Shown here piece after piece: positions 12,430-25,619 of a stretch of 64,000 bases of DNA (its first letter is position 1; each line of letters opens with the position of its first letter). A program made the translations under genes and the position numbers. The notes beneath the pieces were generated by a model, which was given only the letters and a program-made list of their open reading frames with translations, was not told the origin of the DNA and did not search any database. This stretch comes from Chiloscyllium plagiosum. Lineage: Eukaryota. Location: NCBI RefSeq assembly GCF_004010195.1, contig NC_057718.1, positions 90,935,353 to 90,999,352 of the forward strand, given 5' to 3'.

Positions 12430-12950
12430 ATTGTGGTCTCCTTGTTATGGGAAAGATTTTGCTAAACTTGAAAGCGTGCAGTATAGATTTACCAGGATGT
12501 TGCCGGGGTTGGAGGGTTTTAGCAATAGGGAGACGCAGAATAGGCTGGGGCTATTTTCCCTGGATTGTCAGAGGTTGAGGGGTGACCTAATAGAGGTTTA
12601 TAAGATTATGAGGGGCATGGATGAGGTGAACAGGCATGGTCTTTTATCCCCAGGGTAGGGGATTCCAAATATAGAGGATTTAGGGTGAGAGGGGAAAGAT
12701 TTAAAATTGACCAAAGGTGCAAAACTTTCACGCAGAAGGTGGTGCATGGATGGAATGAGCTGCCAATGGAAATGGTGGAGGCTAGTCGAATTGCAACATT
12801 TAAAAGGCATCTGGATGGGCACATGAATAGGAAGGTTTTAGAGGGATATGGGCGAAATGCTGGCAAATGGGAGGATATTCATTTAGGATACTTAGTCGAC
12901 CTCGACAAGTTGGATCAAAGGGTCTGTTTCTGTCCTGTACACCTTGATGT
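12430..12950 (+). mobile_element. CR1/HER1 LINE 3' fragment
   Basis: Peptide 'WSPCYGKDFAKLESVQYRFTRMLPGL...LRGDLIEVYKIMRG'. Confidence 0.9.
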
Positions 12951-13674
12951 CTCCAAAACAGTGCAGAAGTGTTGTACCTTTACTGAGTTCCCAGCATTAA
13001 AATTGCTCACGTTGATGAGCACAAAATATCATGAGAAAAGTCTAATTTTGAGGATTATTTAATGTCCTGGAGTAAAGATCTGGTGGAAGCTGCAGGTATT
13101 GGAGTAGGCCTTGCTTCACCCACAAGTTACTCAGTGATTTTTGAAACTGAAACAAATGGTTATGTGTGATAGTGCCATTGAAAGAAAGTTAAGTGATCAG
13201 TTGTTTCTGAGGCTTGGAGCACTAAATGACATTTATGAAGTGTTTAAAATCTTATTCAATGGGATAGATTAACATCGAGATCAAGCAATTAGGTGCGGCT
13301 TTAGCTTCATACTGAAAATAGAGATGGGCGACATTTGACAGACAAGGTAAAGGAAATAATAGTAAGGAAGTGTTCAAGAACCATCAAGACGGTTGAGACC
13401 GTGTAGGGGAAGATTAAGAAATGGTACCTTTTATCAAGGTAGGGGAAGCCACCAGAGCTTGATAGGAGCCAAGGGTGATTGTAATACACACCCTGTTATA
13501 AGGGAACCAACACTTGCAAACTAAAAACTACCTTGCACGGTGGTTGGAGATCTTTATTACCTGATGAAGAAGACCAATGTGCAAGAAAGAGTTATCAGTT
13601 GTGAGAAAATAACCTAATATCTGTGACCCACTCAGACTAATGAGGAAAATGACTTTTGAGTGAGATCTCTAACT

Positions 13675-13802
13675 GGGAGCAGGTGAGGACTGCAGATGCT
13701 GGAGATCAGAGTCAAGAGTGGGGTGCTGGAAAAGCACAGCAGGTCAGGCAGTATTCGCGGAGCAGGAGAATTGACATTTCGGGCACAAGCCCTTCATCGG
13801 GA
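13675..13802 (-). mobile_element. Short PLE-derived HHR element, family A
   Basis: Reverse complement CCGATGA-A-GGGC-TTGT-GCCC-GAAA-TGTC...CATCTGCAGTCCTCAC. Flanked by CTCTAACT at 13667-13674 and 13803-13810. Confidence 0.85.
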
Positions 13803-14069
13803 CTCTAACTACCTGATCCAAGAGAGCAAAAATAAACTGTCGGAAATTAACATTCACGGCTGTGGCAAGAGACCACAAAATATTTTTGTACTTATTCAAT
13901 GAGTACAATCTAATCATAAGCAGTGCTGGACCTTTTGATTAATGTAGAAAGTGAAGATCTCCTTGCCAATCCTTTCCTGTATTAAAACCTGTGAGCAGAA
14001 TGTTAGTAAGACCAAAACACAATGCATTTTACCCTTGCTTCAGAGTGCACTACAATGGTTTTGTTTTAA

Positions 14070-14470
14070 TTCATTGAAGGGCTGTGGGCTGAGCCAGCAT
14101 TTACTGCCAATCCCTGACTTCCCTAGAGAATGTGGTGGTGAGCTGCCTTCTTGAATCGCTGCAGTCTGTTTGTCATGGGTACGCCCACAATAGTGTAAGG
14201 GAAGGGAGTTTCAGGATTTTGACCCAGTGAGACTGAAGGAACGGTGATATGTTTCTAAAGTCCGGATGATGAGTAGCTTGGAGAGGAATTTATAGGGGGT
14301 TGGTGTTCCCATGTATCTGTTAGGTAAAAACAATGACTGCAGATGCTGGAAACCAGATTCTGGATCAGTGGTGCTGGAAGAGCACAGCAGTTCAGGCAGC
14401 ATCCGACGAGCAGACTTTATCCTTCTAGTTGACAGTGATCATGAGTTTAGAACGTGTTGTTGGGGGATCC
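14070..14470 (-). mobile_element. Old non-LTR retroelement 3' end (related copies at about 10925-11000, 39110-39430 and, on the + strand, 50990-51180), carrying a truncated family A insert at 14321-14413
   Basis: Shared CCAGCATTTA(T/C)TGCC...GGTGGTGAGCTG(C/T)CTTCTTGAA.CGCTGCAGTC with 39145-39210. The host sequence resumes after the insert. Confidence 0.6.
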
Positions 14471-14564
14471 TTTATGAATTTTATGTCCTGTTGAATACAA
14501 GCAACAAGAGAGCCTCCCACACGCCTCTTTCCAACACTGTTGGAAATTGGAAGCTCCTGGAATA

Positions 14565-15118
14565 CAGGTGGTTCTCCAATAATGCCGTAGTTGCGTTCCA
14601 GCAAAAAAATCGCTTAATAGAAATAATGGGGTCTATGGGAAAAGTGAGGTTGGGGCAGACCAGCAACAAACATCACTCATTATCGCTCAAAAATCACCCA
14701 AAAGTCTAATGCAAAGTATCGCACATCCTGAATGAAAGTTGAAAACAAAACAAAAGTAAATTTAACACAGTACATTTAAAAAGATGTAAAAAGATGTTTG
14801 CTGCAGTACCTCTCACAGAAAGTTGCTGTGTTGGCAGCTGACATTGGCGCGTACGCAGAATGGTACAAAAACTGGAACAAACGTTATGCATGTGCTGACA
14901 CTGGAGTGTGCGCAGAACGGCAAGAACGTAGACACATGCCCAGAACAGCGTGGAAATTTCGACGTGCGCGTGCGCAGACGAAGTGCATGAACCGATCCCC
15001 ACTAGAATTACACTATTGCTGACTGAGGTAAATATTCTCCAAAATCCCGTGCCCTAATTCTTCAGCGACGTCGTATCCAAATCGCACTGCCAAAACATGC
15101 GTTATCCCAAAACTACTT
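14565..15118. mobile_element. Tigger/pogo-like non-autonomous DNA transposon
   Basis: TA|CAGGTGGTTCTCCAATAATGC at the left; degenerate inverse GCGTTATCCCAAAACTACTT|TA at the right (about 13/20 matches). CpG-rich interior. Confidence 0.45.
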
Positions 15119-17719
15119 TATCAGTCTAGGAATAACAGGATATATTATGCCATTTTGTGGACTGCAACCACTTTTTAATGATGAAAAGCTACAGTAGGAC
15201 CTTACTCCAAAATCTTTAAGGTCTTGTTTGATTACGCAGTGCTTCAAGCACTTGTGTGACCCCTCTCTAGTTATTCTGGCAGCAGACTTTCATCTCTTGC
15301 TCCATCTCTCTTTATGTCAATCTGATCTTAATCTCCTCCTGCTGCAAATATTCTGGCTGTTTTGTTCATGTGAACTTTGGGACTTTGCCTTGAAGCTTTG
15401 AGATCTCTATTATGTTCCATCCATAATATTGTAAATATGTTGGTTGATATTAAAGAAAACCTCTCAGTCTTATCCCTGCCTTCGAAAGTTCTCACCACCC
15501 ACACTATCAGAGGCTTGATATTGTGCAATCTGATTCTTATGGCACAAAATAAACATCTTCTGGGGACAGAAGATATGGCTGCGCAAAATGATACTTTTCG
15601 TTGTTGGGAGTTATTTTAGAATACCAGAAGGAGATTTTCAATTTCGAAATGCCTAGTTTCGATGATGTGTGTTTTTCTCGTTTTGAGGCTCTTATCTCTT
15701 CTGCTTCTTTTTTTTTTACCATAAAATTCCATGTACTGTGTTTCTGTTCATTTTTTTTTTCATTTGTTTGCTCCAACTTATTTTTATTCTTTGTTTATGT
15801 GGTTCCATTTTTATAGTGTGATGTGTTAGTTATCATGGTGTGCTTATGCATGGTGCTAAACAAGACATCTTGCGCCAAGCACTAAAATGATCCAGAGTGT
15901 TCCCAAATTTTTTTTCTCATTGGCTTCTGTCCTTTTGTTCACTCAAAGAACAAAACCTGAAACAATTTGGTTTTTAAACTGGTAATGAATTAAGCAATAT
16001 GCAAATTTGATTGATTTTAATATTTTGTGTGGTAACACAGTGAGCTGTGTGTATTCTAATATGGTAAATTGAGAGCAAAGGCTTAGTTTGATTTCTGTCC
16101 ACTAATTTACTCAGCTTTTCAATGGATTAAATGCTAGTTTAAAAATGCTCCTCTGTAAGGCTCTGAAATTTGAACTACGTACAGACACCATCTCACAGCC
16201 CTTGAGAATTGACTTTTGATGTTTAAGCTCCACAGGAGGAGATTACAGTGTGAACCTGCTGTGAAGTGTTGCTGTTGGCATTGTGGATGGTAGAGATGGA
16301 TAACTAGGGTGCGTACATGGACTTTGAGCCTGTCATAGTCTCTTCTTGTCAGCGTTATTGAATATTGCTAATGTCTGCCTACGCACTGTTTTGTATTGCA
16401 TAAAAGATAATACTTGCACATGCTATAATTTTCCTGTAATTCCCTTGGGGATAAAGAATATAATCACACGATTGTAATGGCTGAGTAAAAGAGAGGATGA
16501 GGGATGGATTTCTTAAGGAAGTGGCTGCAGGCAAAAAACACACAACAAAATAATACAGGATTGCCTGCGGAAATTACTTTGCAAAGTTTCACACGACACA
16601 AGGTAAGAAAATGTTGTCATTTTCACTCATTTATAAGGATTCATTACAAGCAAAAGCATTTGAAAATGATTATTTGTACATTAGAAATGCTTTAAGCTTT
16701 AAATGCAACTGACTTGTAATGTCATACTGTTTCTGTCTTCTCCCTGTTTTTAGGTAGCCTTGTGTTCCATGGATATTATTGCACCAAACAACTCTAACCT
16801 CTAAACTCCGAGCTTCCATTATCAGTCTTCCACCTAACTCTCCTCAAAAGTTCAATTATCTGCAGTTCCTTCCAATGACTTGTTCATCCTATCTATAAAT
16901 CCCACCACCAGCTATGTTCATTTAACTTTGATCCGTTAGGCAGCTTTGGTGTGTATTTTTAAGGATAGGCATTGGGCGCAGTCAGAGCACACTTACTAGA
17001 TTGACACCTGGAATGGATGGGTTGCGTTACATGGGTAGGTTGGACTGATTGGTTTGTTTCTTTTTCCCCCTATTTCTTCTTTCCTTCTCTCTGTTTGTTA
17101 AAGTCACTGTCTTTCACAGAAGTGACCTTTAGTTTTACTTTGATAATCAGTACTTTCAGTTATAGAACCTGTGTTCATCAAGATTAGAATGTCTCATTCG
17201 CTAATGAATAATGGCTATGACGTTCTGATTACATATTAGTGATGTTAAGATGCGTTATCACCTCCCTAAAAGGACTGTAGCAAACATTTAGACATGATTG
17301 ATTTACTACTGATCTGAAATAAAATTATTGTAGGTACAGACACAAGTTGTGGGAGGTTTGCTTTATCAAGACTTCCAACTATTGATTTTGGGCAAAATCT
17401 ATGCATGATTATATAATTTTAGTCATATTCATGTTGTTCGTGATTCACTGCTCTGAGTTTAAAACATCTTCTTACTGTCATTAAATCTATTGAATAGTCT
17501 GTTATGTTGTGAAAGCTGATTGAAAAACTCAGTTTGTAATCCTGACAGAATTAGTATCAATTTCTCCAACTGCTACTTTACAACCAGCCACACCAATTAC
17601 ACTTGACATTGCTGCCATAAACTGTAGTGGTACTTGCCAGTGTTTGATCCAAAGTGTCACCCTGCTCTGTAATCTGAGCTGCTTTAATTTACTCCCACAG
17701 CAAGACCATCAATTAATAA

Positions 17720-18050
17720 AGAAAAAAGACATGCAGATGTACGTCACTTTTGAGACCACTGGACATTTTGACAGCTGATATAAGTACTTTTAAAAGTGGT
17801 CTGGTGATGCTGCATGAAGGATGAACATTAGCCAGGACGGTGGGAATATCTCTTTGCTATGTTTTTTAGAAATAGTAATATGGGATCTTAGGCATTCACC
17901 TGCTGAGGGAGCTGGGATTCAACGTCTCACCTTTAAAGACTGCACCTCCAAAAGTGCAGCATTTCCATTGGTACTTCACTGGCATATCAGCTTTGGATTC
18001 CAAAGTGGGATTTGAACTCCAAGCTTTGTGAGTGAGTTGACAATGCTACC
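17720..18050 (-). mobile_element. DeuSINE (SacSINE1/AmnSINE1-like) relic
   Basis: Reverse complement shares the Deu-domain-like segment with 45130-45495. Confidence 0.55.
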
Positions 18051-18630
18051 TGTTGGGTTATGTACCTCAGTCAGTATTCGTTATGCCTTTTAAGAAACAA
18101 GTTCATGACATCACCACCATCACAGCATGTAATCTGAGGGTATAAAGGTCTCAGACTCCAGATCACTTGAAGCAAGATAAACAACCCCAAGCATGCTTTT
18201 TTGCTGGAACTGAATAACCTTATACTAGCCCAGGTATGTGCGTCTGTGAATGCAAAAATTGTATACAATAGCCGGCTGTAATAACTATCCGTTGGGCTCT
18301 TCAATACCACATTATCTACACCCTGTTGCTGCTTCACACCTAGGATGGCATAAGTATTCCTGCTTCGGGTAAAATAACCTGCCAAAGGAAAAACCCCCCG
18401 AACCATGGCTGACGCACTGAAAATGGCCAAAGGCCTGAGCCTGGAGCTTAGGATATTACACTTGTCATATTTGTTCACATGAAACTGTGCCATCAAAATT
18501 CATTGTATATAATTTTCTAATTTTGTGGCTTCTGAATCAGTTACCCATTTTCAAAGCATTTTTATTTCATCCATCTGATGGATTAGATTGTGTTTTCCTT
18601 AAGGAAGTTAACACTTTTGCAAAATCTTGT

Positions 18631-18938
18631 GGGTGGCACAGTGGTTAGCACTGCTGCCTCACAGCGCCAGAGACCCGGGTTCACTTCCAGCCTCAGGCAA
18701 CTGTCTGTGTGGAGTTTGCACATTCTCTCCCTGTCTGCTTGGGGTTCCTCCGGGTGCGCGGGTTTCCTCCCACAGTCCAAAAAATGTGCAGGTTAGGTGA
18801 ATTGGCCATGCTAAATTGCCCGTAGTGTTAGGTGAAAGGGTAAATGTAGGGGAATGGGTCTGAGTGAGTTGCTCTTCGGAGGATTGGTGTGGACTTGTTG
18901 GGCCGAAGGGCCTGTTTCGACACTGTAAGTAATCTAAC
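18631..18938 (+). mobile_element. HE1-type SINE
   Basis: GGTGGCACAGTGGTTAGCACTGCTGCCTCACAGCGCCAGAGACCCGGGTTC head; AATCTAA tail. Confidence 0.9.
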
Positions 18939-20249
18939 CATGTCATCATCCTGTTCTGTTTCACTATTCTGCAGAAATAATTGTCTATCTGTGTTAACTG
19001 AGACCAATGAGAAAATAAGTCTTGCATTCAATATTTAAGAACCCTTTAGGATTTGGCAGGCTATGTCTGAAAAGGGAGAACGTTGATGATGGAAGTAAAT
19101 TGGTAAGAAATATAAAACAAGCACAGGAGCTTCTACAAGTCTCTATAAAAAGAAAGAATCGCTAAAGCGAGTGGAGACCATTGGAGGATGCGTCTGGGCA
19201 TTTGATAATGGGGAGCAAGGTAATGGCAGATAATTTAAACCAGTATTTTGCATTGGATTTCACATAGGAGGAAACTGTAAACATCACAAAGATATCAGAT
19301 AAGCAAGGTGCTAATGGGAGGACAGGTCTCATAACAGTCTCTATCGCAAGGGACAAACGAATGGAACTGAAGGCAGGTAGGCCGCCAGCATCTAAAGGCC
19401 TGCATCGCAGGGTTTTAAAGGAAGAGGCTGCGGAGATAGCGGAAGCTTCGGCCAACAAATTCCAGAACATTCTGAAAGCGTTCCAGTGGATCAGAAAAAT
19501 GTTCACGTGATGCCCCTGGTCAAGAAGGGAAGGAGACTCAAAGCAAGATACAGTAGGTCAGTTAGCTTGATATCTGCTGATGATAAAAATGCGCAAGTCC
19601 ATTATTTAAAAAAGGAAAGCATAAATCTAATCAAAAAGCATCAACATGGTTTGGTGAAAGGGAAATCATTGTTTAACGAATTTGCTTGCAATCCTTTTGA
19701 GGATATAATAAGTAGAATTGATAATGGAAACTGGTAGATGTGTCTATTTGAATTTCTAGAACACATTCAATAAGGTGCTCCATTTATTAAAAAAACAAAG
19801 ATTTAATGCACAAGATAGGAGCTTGCAATATTGGGCCAGCACAGATTGAGGCTTGGTTAACAGTTGGGATTAATGAATCTTTTCCAAGTTGGAAAGGTAT
19901 AACTAACAGAGTATCACAAGGATCAATCCTATTGTTTACCCACGATATTCATGACTTAGAGGTGGGGGTGGGTTGTTGGTGAAGAATATAATGTATCAAA
20001 ATTTACTGATACAAAAAGAGATGGAAGCACATCTTGTAAGAGGACATAAGGAGTCTGCAAAGGGACACCGCTTGAGTGAGTGGCAAAAAGACCTACACAG
20101 ATGGAGTTTAATACAGGAAAGTGTGAGGTCATGCACTTTGGAAGGAAGAATCAAAAGGCAGACTGTTACTTAAGTGGAGAGAGACTCATAAAAAGTGCAG
20201 CACTCAGCAATCCGGGTGTTCTTGTGCACAAAATACAAAGTTAGCATTT

Positions 20250-21510
20250 AGACATAAATGGACTTATTAGTGATAGACAGCATGGTTTTGTACAGGTGAG
20301 GTAGTGTCTTACTAACTTGATCAAGATTTTTGAGAAGGTAATAAAGATGAATGAGGGAGAAACGTTTGATGATGTCTACATGGACTCCAGTGAACTCTTA
20401 TGGCAGACTGGTACAAAAAGTGACATCACATAGTACCAGGGGTGAGCTGACAAGGTGGATACAGAACTGGCTTAGTTATTGGAGACAGAGAATAGCAGTG
20501 GAGGGATGTTTTTCAGAATGGAGGGTTCTGACTAGTAGTGTTCCACTGGGATTGATGCTGGGAGCTCTGCTGTTCGTGATCTGCATAAATGATTTGGAGG
20601 AAAATGTAGCTGGCCTAATTAGAAAGTTTATGGGTGATACAAAGATTGGTGGGGTTGCAGATAGTGAGGAGGATTGTCAAGGGAATATAGAAGGATATAG
20701 ATCGGTTGGAGACATGGGGAGGAAAATGGCAGATGGAGTTTACTCTGGACAAATGTGAGGTGATGCTCAATGGAAGTTCAGGTACAGCTGGAAATTATAC
20801 AGTGAATGGCAGAACCGTGAGGAATGTTGATGTGCAGAGGGATCTGGGTGTGCAGGTGTACTAAGGTAGTTTGTAAAAAAAAAAAGGCCTATGGAATGCT
20901 TACCTTCATTGGAAGGGGCATTGAGTATAAGAATAGACAAGTTATGCTGCAGCTTTATAGAACTTTAGTTTGACCACATTTGGAATACAGTTCTGGTCAC
21001 CACACTACCAGAAGGATGATGTGGATACTTTGGAGCGCTTACAGAAAAGGTTTACCAGGATGTTGCCTGGTATGGGGGGATATTAGCTGTGAAGAAAGGT
21101 TGGATAGACTGGGTTTGTTTAAACTGAAGCGCAGAAGGTTGAGGGGTGACCTGATAGAGGTTTATAAGGATTGTGAATGACCTGGATAGAGTAGAAATAT
21201 GAGCCTTTTTACCAGACTGGAGGGGTCAATTACTAGGGGACACAGGTTCAAGGTGCATGGGGCAAGTTTTAAAGGAGATGTGCAAGGCAGGTCTTTCACA
21301 CAAAAGGTGGTGAGTGTCTGAAATGCGCTGCCAGAGGAGGTGGCGGAAGTAGACACAATAGCAGCATTCCAGAAGCACGGAGATGAATACATGAATGGGA
21401 AGGGAATAGAGGGGTACAGACCCTGTAAGTGAAGGTTTAGCGTGGAAGAGCAAAATGTGGCAATGCAGGCTTGGAGGGCCGAAGGGCCTGATCCTGTGCT
21501 GTATTGTTCT
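20250..21510 (+). mobile_element. Nested CR1-type LINE (RT to 3' end)
   Basis: Peptides 'WIQNWLSYWRQRIAVEGCFSEWRVLTSSVPLG..LGALLFVICINDL...KFMGDTKIGG' and 'LRGDLIEVYK'. 3' UTR GGGCCGAAGGGCCTG. Confidence 0.85.
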
Positions 21511-21573
21511 TTGGTCTTTGTTCTAGTACTCAGGTCCAACAAGTAGAATCTTGGCTTTTATTGCCAGGGGATT

Positions 21574-21888
21574 GATTAGATTCCCTACAGTGTGGAAACA
21601 GGCCCTTCGGCCTAACAAGTCCACACCGGCCCTCTGAAGATCAACCCACTCAGACCCATTCCCCTACATTTACCCCTGACTAATGCACCTAACACTATGG
21701 GCAATTTACTATGGCTAATTCACCTAACCTGCACATCTTTGGACTGTGGGAGGAAACCAGAGCACCTGGAGGAAACCCACGCAGATATGGGGAGAATGTG
21801 CAAACTCCATACAGACAGTCACCCAAGGCTGGAATCGAATCTGGGACCCTGGTACTGTGAGGCAGCAGTGCTTAACCACTGAGCCACC
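21574..21888 (-). mobile_element. HE1-type SINE
   Basis: Consensus match. Confidence 0.9.
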
Positions 21889-22159
21889 TCAAATTGGAAT
21901 TGAAAGACAGAGAAGTCTTGTTACAACAGTACAGAGTGTTAGTGAGGCCATACCTGGAGAACTGTGTATAGTTTTAGTCACTGTATTTTAGAAAAAGTAT
22001 ATTGCATTAGAGGGTGATCCCAGGGATGAAAGGATTGTCTTATCACAAACTACTAAATAGGTTCGTTCGAGTTTAGAAGAACGAGTGGTGATCTGATGAA
22101 ACGTACAAAGTTCTGAGGGGCTTGACAGGCTAGATGTTGAGGAGATGTTTGCTGTAGTT

Positions 22160-22306
22160 ATGATGTGGAGGTGCTGGTATTGGACTGGGATGGACAAAGT
22201 TAAAAATCACGTGATACCAGCTACCTGACGAAGGAGCCGTGATCTGAAAGCTAGTACTTCCAAATAAACCTGTTGGACTATAACCAAGGGTTGTGTGATT
22301 TTTAAC
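22160..22306. mobile_element. Fold-back PLE-derived HHR element, family B
   Basis: TSD TTTGC(T/A)GTAGTT at 22148-22159 and 22307-22318. Plus-strand core CTGACGA-A-GGAGC-CGT-GATCT-GAAA-GCTA at 22225-22253. Inverted arms. Confidence 0.85.
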
Positions 22307-22559
22307 TTTGCAGTAGTTGGCCGTCTCAAAATAGGGGACATATTCACAGAATGAGAGAATGCTCATTTAAAACTGAGATGTGAAGGAACTTCTTTTCCCA
22401 GAGATCAGTGCATATCTGGAATTTGCAAGTTCCTCATACTCCTCAATATTCCAAAAAAAACTATCTACCTTCTTATAGAATCCCTATAATATGGAAACAG
22501 GTCCTTCAGTCCAACAAATCTCCACTGACCAGAGAGTTGTGGCTGGATCACAGAAAGTA

Positions 22560-22712
22560 GATTAGATTAGATTAGATTAGATTACAGTGTGGAAACAGGC
22601 CCTTCGGCCCAACAAGTCCACACCGACCCGCCGAAGCGCAACCCACCCATACCCCTACATTTACCCCTTACCTAACACTACGGACAATTCAGCATGGCCA
22701 ATTCACCTGACC
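22560..22712 (-). mobile_element. Young 5'-truncated HE1 SINE
   Basis: (GATTA)n tail of about five units, CpGs intact, no tRNA head. Nearly identical to 55400-55524. Confidence 0.85.
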
Positions 22713-22728
22713 TTAAGTACTTAAAGAG

Positions 22729-23070
22729 CGGCACGGTGGCTCAGTGGTTAGCACTGCTGCTGCACAGTGCCAGGGTCCCAGGTTCGATCCCACCCTTGGA
22801 CGACTGTCTGTGTGTAGTTTGCACATCCTCCCCGTGTCTGTGTGGGTTTCCTCTGGGTGCTCCGGTTTCCCCCCTACAATCCAAAGATGTGCAGGTTAGG
22901 TGAGTTGGCCAGGCTAAATTGCCCATAGTGTTCAGGGATATGTAGGTTAGGTGTGTTAGTCAGGGGTAAATGTAGAGTAATAGGGTCAGCGTTTGGGTGG
23001 GATACTCTTCGGACGGTCAGTGGAGATTTGTTGGACTGAAGGACCTGTTTCCATATTATAGGGATTCTAT
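22729..23070 (+). mobile_element. HE1-type SINE
   Basis: CGGCACGGTGGCTCAGTGGTTAGCAC...GGTTCGATCCC head. Confidence 0.9.
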
Positions 23071-23524
23071 AAGAAGGTAGATAGTGTTTTTTGGAATATT
23101 GAGGAGTATGAGGAACTGGCAACAAAGTGGATTTGAGGCCATGGATCGATCAGTTATAATCTTATAGATGAAATCTGAGTCAAAGTACAGAGCTAAGACT
23201 TTCTGTTATTAACAACCACACTTTGTTTGCTAATCCTATAATTTGCAAGTCATCATTTTAAATCCTGAAATGAAGTGTTCTGTTCCCTGCCACTCCTCTT
23301 CACTTTGAGCATAAAATGCATGCCAAGTTTAACAACAATTTGCTGCCTTTCAATTAATTCATAGAATTAACATTTTTATAGAGTTAGAATGTATTATTTT
23401 CTAATCACAATAATTTTAAATCGAGAGAAGTGTATTCATAACACTGGTCGACTCCCAACCATTCTGGCACTTTGTTCGCCTAGAAGCAATTAATAACTGT
23501 TATACCTGGGGATGTTTAGATTTT

Positions 23525-23616
23525 AGAAACAAAAATAGAAACTGCTGGAAAGGTTCAGCCTACCTGGTGGCATCTGTGGAGAAAGATCAGAGTTAACATT
23601 TTGGGTCGAGTGACCC
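23525..23616 (-). mobile_element. Family D PLE-derived fragment (another copy at about 39942-40024)
   Basis: Reverse complement GGGTC-ACTC-GACCC-AAAA-TGTTAACTCTGAT, i.e. stem II plus the 3' half of a hammerhead. Confidence 0.65.
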
Positions 23617-23701
23617 AAGGTTTTATATGCAGCCAGAATCTCTCAAGTAGCTGACTACAAGGTAATCCAGAAATGTCAGATAGGTGAAATTATGAGAGAA
23701 G

Positions 23702-24019
23702 GGTGGCACGGTTGCTCAGTGGTTAGTACTACTGCCTCACAGCACCAGGGTCCCAGGTTCGATTCCAGCCTTGGGGAAACTGTCTGTGTGGAGTTTGCAC
23801 ATTCTCCCGGTGTCGGCATGGGTTTCCTCCGGGTGCTCCGGTTTCCTCCCACATTCCAAAGATGTGAAGGTCAGGTGAATTTGCCGTGCTAAATTGCCTA
23901 TAGTGTTAGGTGCATCAGTCTGATGGAAATTGGTCTGGGTGGGTTATTCTTCGGAGGGGCGGTGTGGACTGGTTGGGCCAAAAGACCTGTTTCCACACTG
24001 TAGGGAATCTAATCTAATC
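23702..24019 (+). mobile_element. HE1-type SINE
   Basis: Consensus head and (AATCT)n tail. Confidence 0.9.
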
Positions 24020-24735
24020 CAAAAAAACCTAAGTGAGCTTGAATCTCACGGATTCTGGAGCTTCTCATATTTCGATAGTGGGAGTGCTACATACTGATGC
24101 AGGGTGCATCGGTATTTCAATTATATGTGTATTTGGTGACAGAAAAGAGTGAAGTACAACAGACTACCTCGGACTTTGCCCTGATACTAAAGAACTTTGT
24201 AATTTCTGTCAGTTAATTAATAATACTTGCAGGCAGTTTGGACTTCTCAAATTACAGCTAGTTACTTTTACAGGTATAGAGTGTTTTATTTCTTCCATCC
24301 GTTACAATTTCATACGTTGTTAATTACGTAAAACAATGACAGCTGCACTTTGTAGCCTTTTAGAAATGTCATTATGCCCTTGTTGCAAGTGTTAAGCTGA
24401 AATTGGATTTCCTGATCGATAATTCCCAAAGGGTTTGTCATAAGCTTAAGAGATGTTTCAAGCAAAAAGATGACAATTTAATTCATTGGAGAAAATCTGG
24501 CGGAGATATAGGAAGCAACAAAGCTAATTTCACTGTCTTGAGACCACTTATCAGTGGGCTTGAGACTTTCTCTGCTTGAAATATTTATTTAGTCTTCCCA
24601 AGATGTGATTGTCTCTGTCTCTGCCCTCAACCATTCCCCTAGACAAAATATATTCCCCAACAACGAATTGCACAAAAAAAGTTTCACCTAATCCCTCTTC
24701 TCATCTTTGGCAATTTTAATATTGATTGCACCACA

Positions 24736-25111
24736 GTAGAAAGTGAGGACTGCAGATGCTGGAGATCAGAGTCGCGAGTGTGGTGCTGGAAAAGCACAGC
24801 AGGTCAGGCAGCATCCGAGGAGCGGGAGAATCAACGCTTTGGGCATAAGCCCTTCATCAGGAATTTTGGGAGTGTCTGGGGCGTGTTGCCAAAGAGACCT
24901 GGGGTCCAGCAGCACAGTTCCTTGCAAGTGGAGTCACAGGTATACAAGGTGGTGAAGGCGGCGTTTGGCATGCTTGCCTTCATTGGTGACAACCTTTGGT
25001 ATAGGAATTGGGATTTCATACCTGATGAAGGGCTTATGCGCGAAACGTCGATTCTCCTGCTCCTCAGATGCTGCCTGACCTGCTTTGCTTTTCCAGCGCC
25101 ACACTTTCGAC
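24736..25111. mobile_element. Composite fold-back family A HHR element enclosing about 150 bp of captured CR1 sequence
   Basis: 15-bp TSD ATTGATTGCACCACA at 24721-24735 and 25112-25126. Inverted arms at 24736-24862 and 25021-25110. Plus-strand core CTGATGA-A-GGGC-TTAT-GCGC-GAAA-CGTC at 25022-25049. Confidence 0.9.
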
Positions 25112-25619
25112 ATTGATTGCACCACACACAGACACACACACATCACTGAGTACCTAACCATTGGAAATAATGTGCCCTTTCTCTCTTTTTTCCAAAGTCT
25201 TGATAATTTGTTAACATTGATATAATTCCATCCAACTTTCTCCTCTTCAGTGGAAATAGTTCCAGTTCTCTCCAACTCATTCACATTCTATACTCATTCA
25301 TTGACCTACTGGCACACTGTACTCAATTGCATTTATGAAAGATAGTCCATTGTTTATTTTGCAACGTTTATAGTTTAATCTTTTTGCTTTCATTTTCAGC
25401 GAACTATATATATGAATATAAATATGTTTGTCCATACCTTTTGCCTTTCCATTTGAATGTTCACTCTAGTTCCTTGTTTGTCTTCTAAAACGCATTGTCT
25501 AGCATCTTGCATTGCTTCTCCTATCTATCTGTTATCTTGAGGTCTTTTGTAATGCTTCCAGCTGCTTATTAAATGTCCTGTTTTGGGGTGATTAGTAAAT
25601 TTTGAGATTGTACCCCCTA

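Larger units (their letters stand above)
19020..23160 (+). mobile_element. Long degenerate CR1-type LINE ORF2, host to nested LINE, SINE and PLE insertions
   Basis: RT-region remnants ('VMPLVKKGRRLKARYSRSVSLIS', 'QHGLVKGKS'). Interrupted at about 20250 and resumes at about 21530, 21890 and 23070. Confidence 0.7.

Noticed and set aside
18071..18496. 141-aa minus-strand ORF
   Set aside because: I could not recognise any motif; it may be an old repeat and cannot be supported as a gene.
22729..22800. tRNA-like sequences (also 18631, 23702, 63535 and others)
   Set aside because: They are SINE heads that continue directly into SINE bodies, not tRNA genes.
24736..25111. Interpreting the fold-back elements as MITEs or DNA transposons
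   Set aside because: The arms are unequal and variable, the TSD length varies from 9 to 16 bp, and related families are contiguous with RT/GIY-YIG coding sequence.
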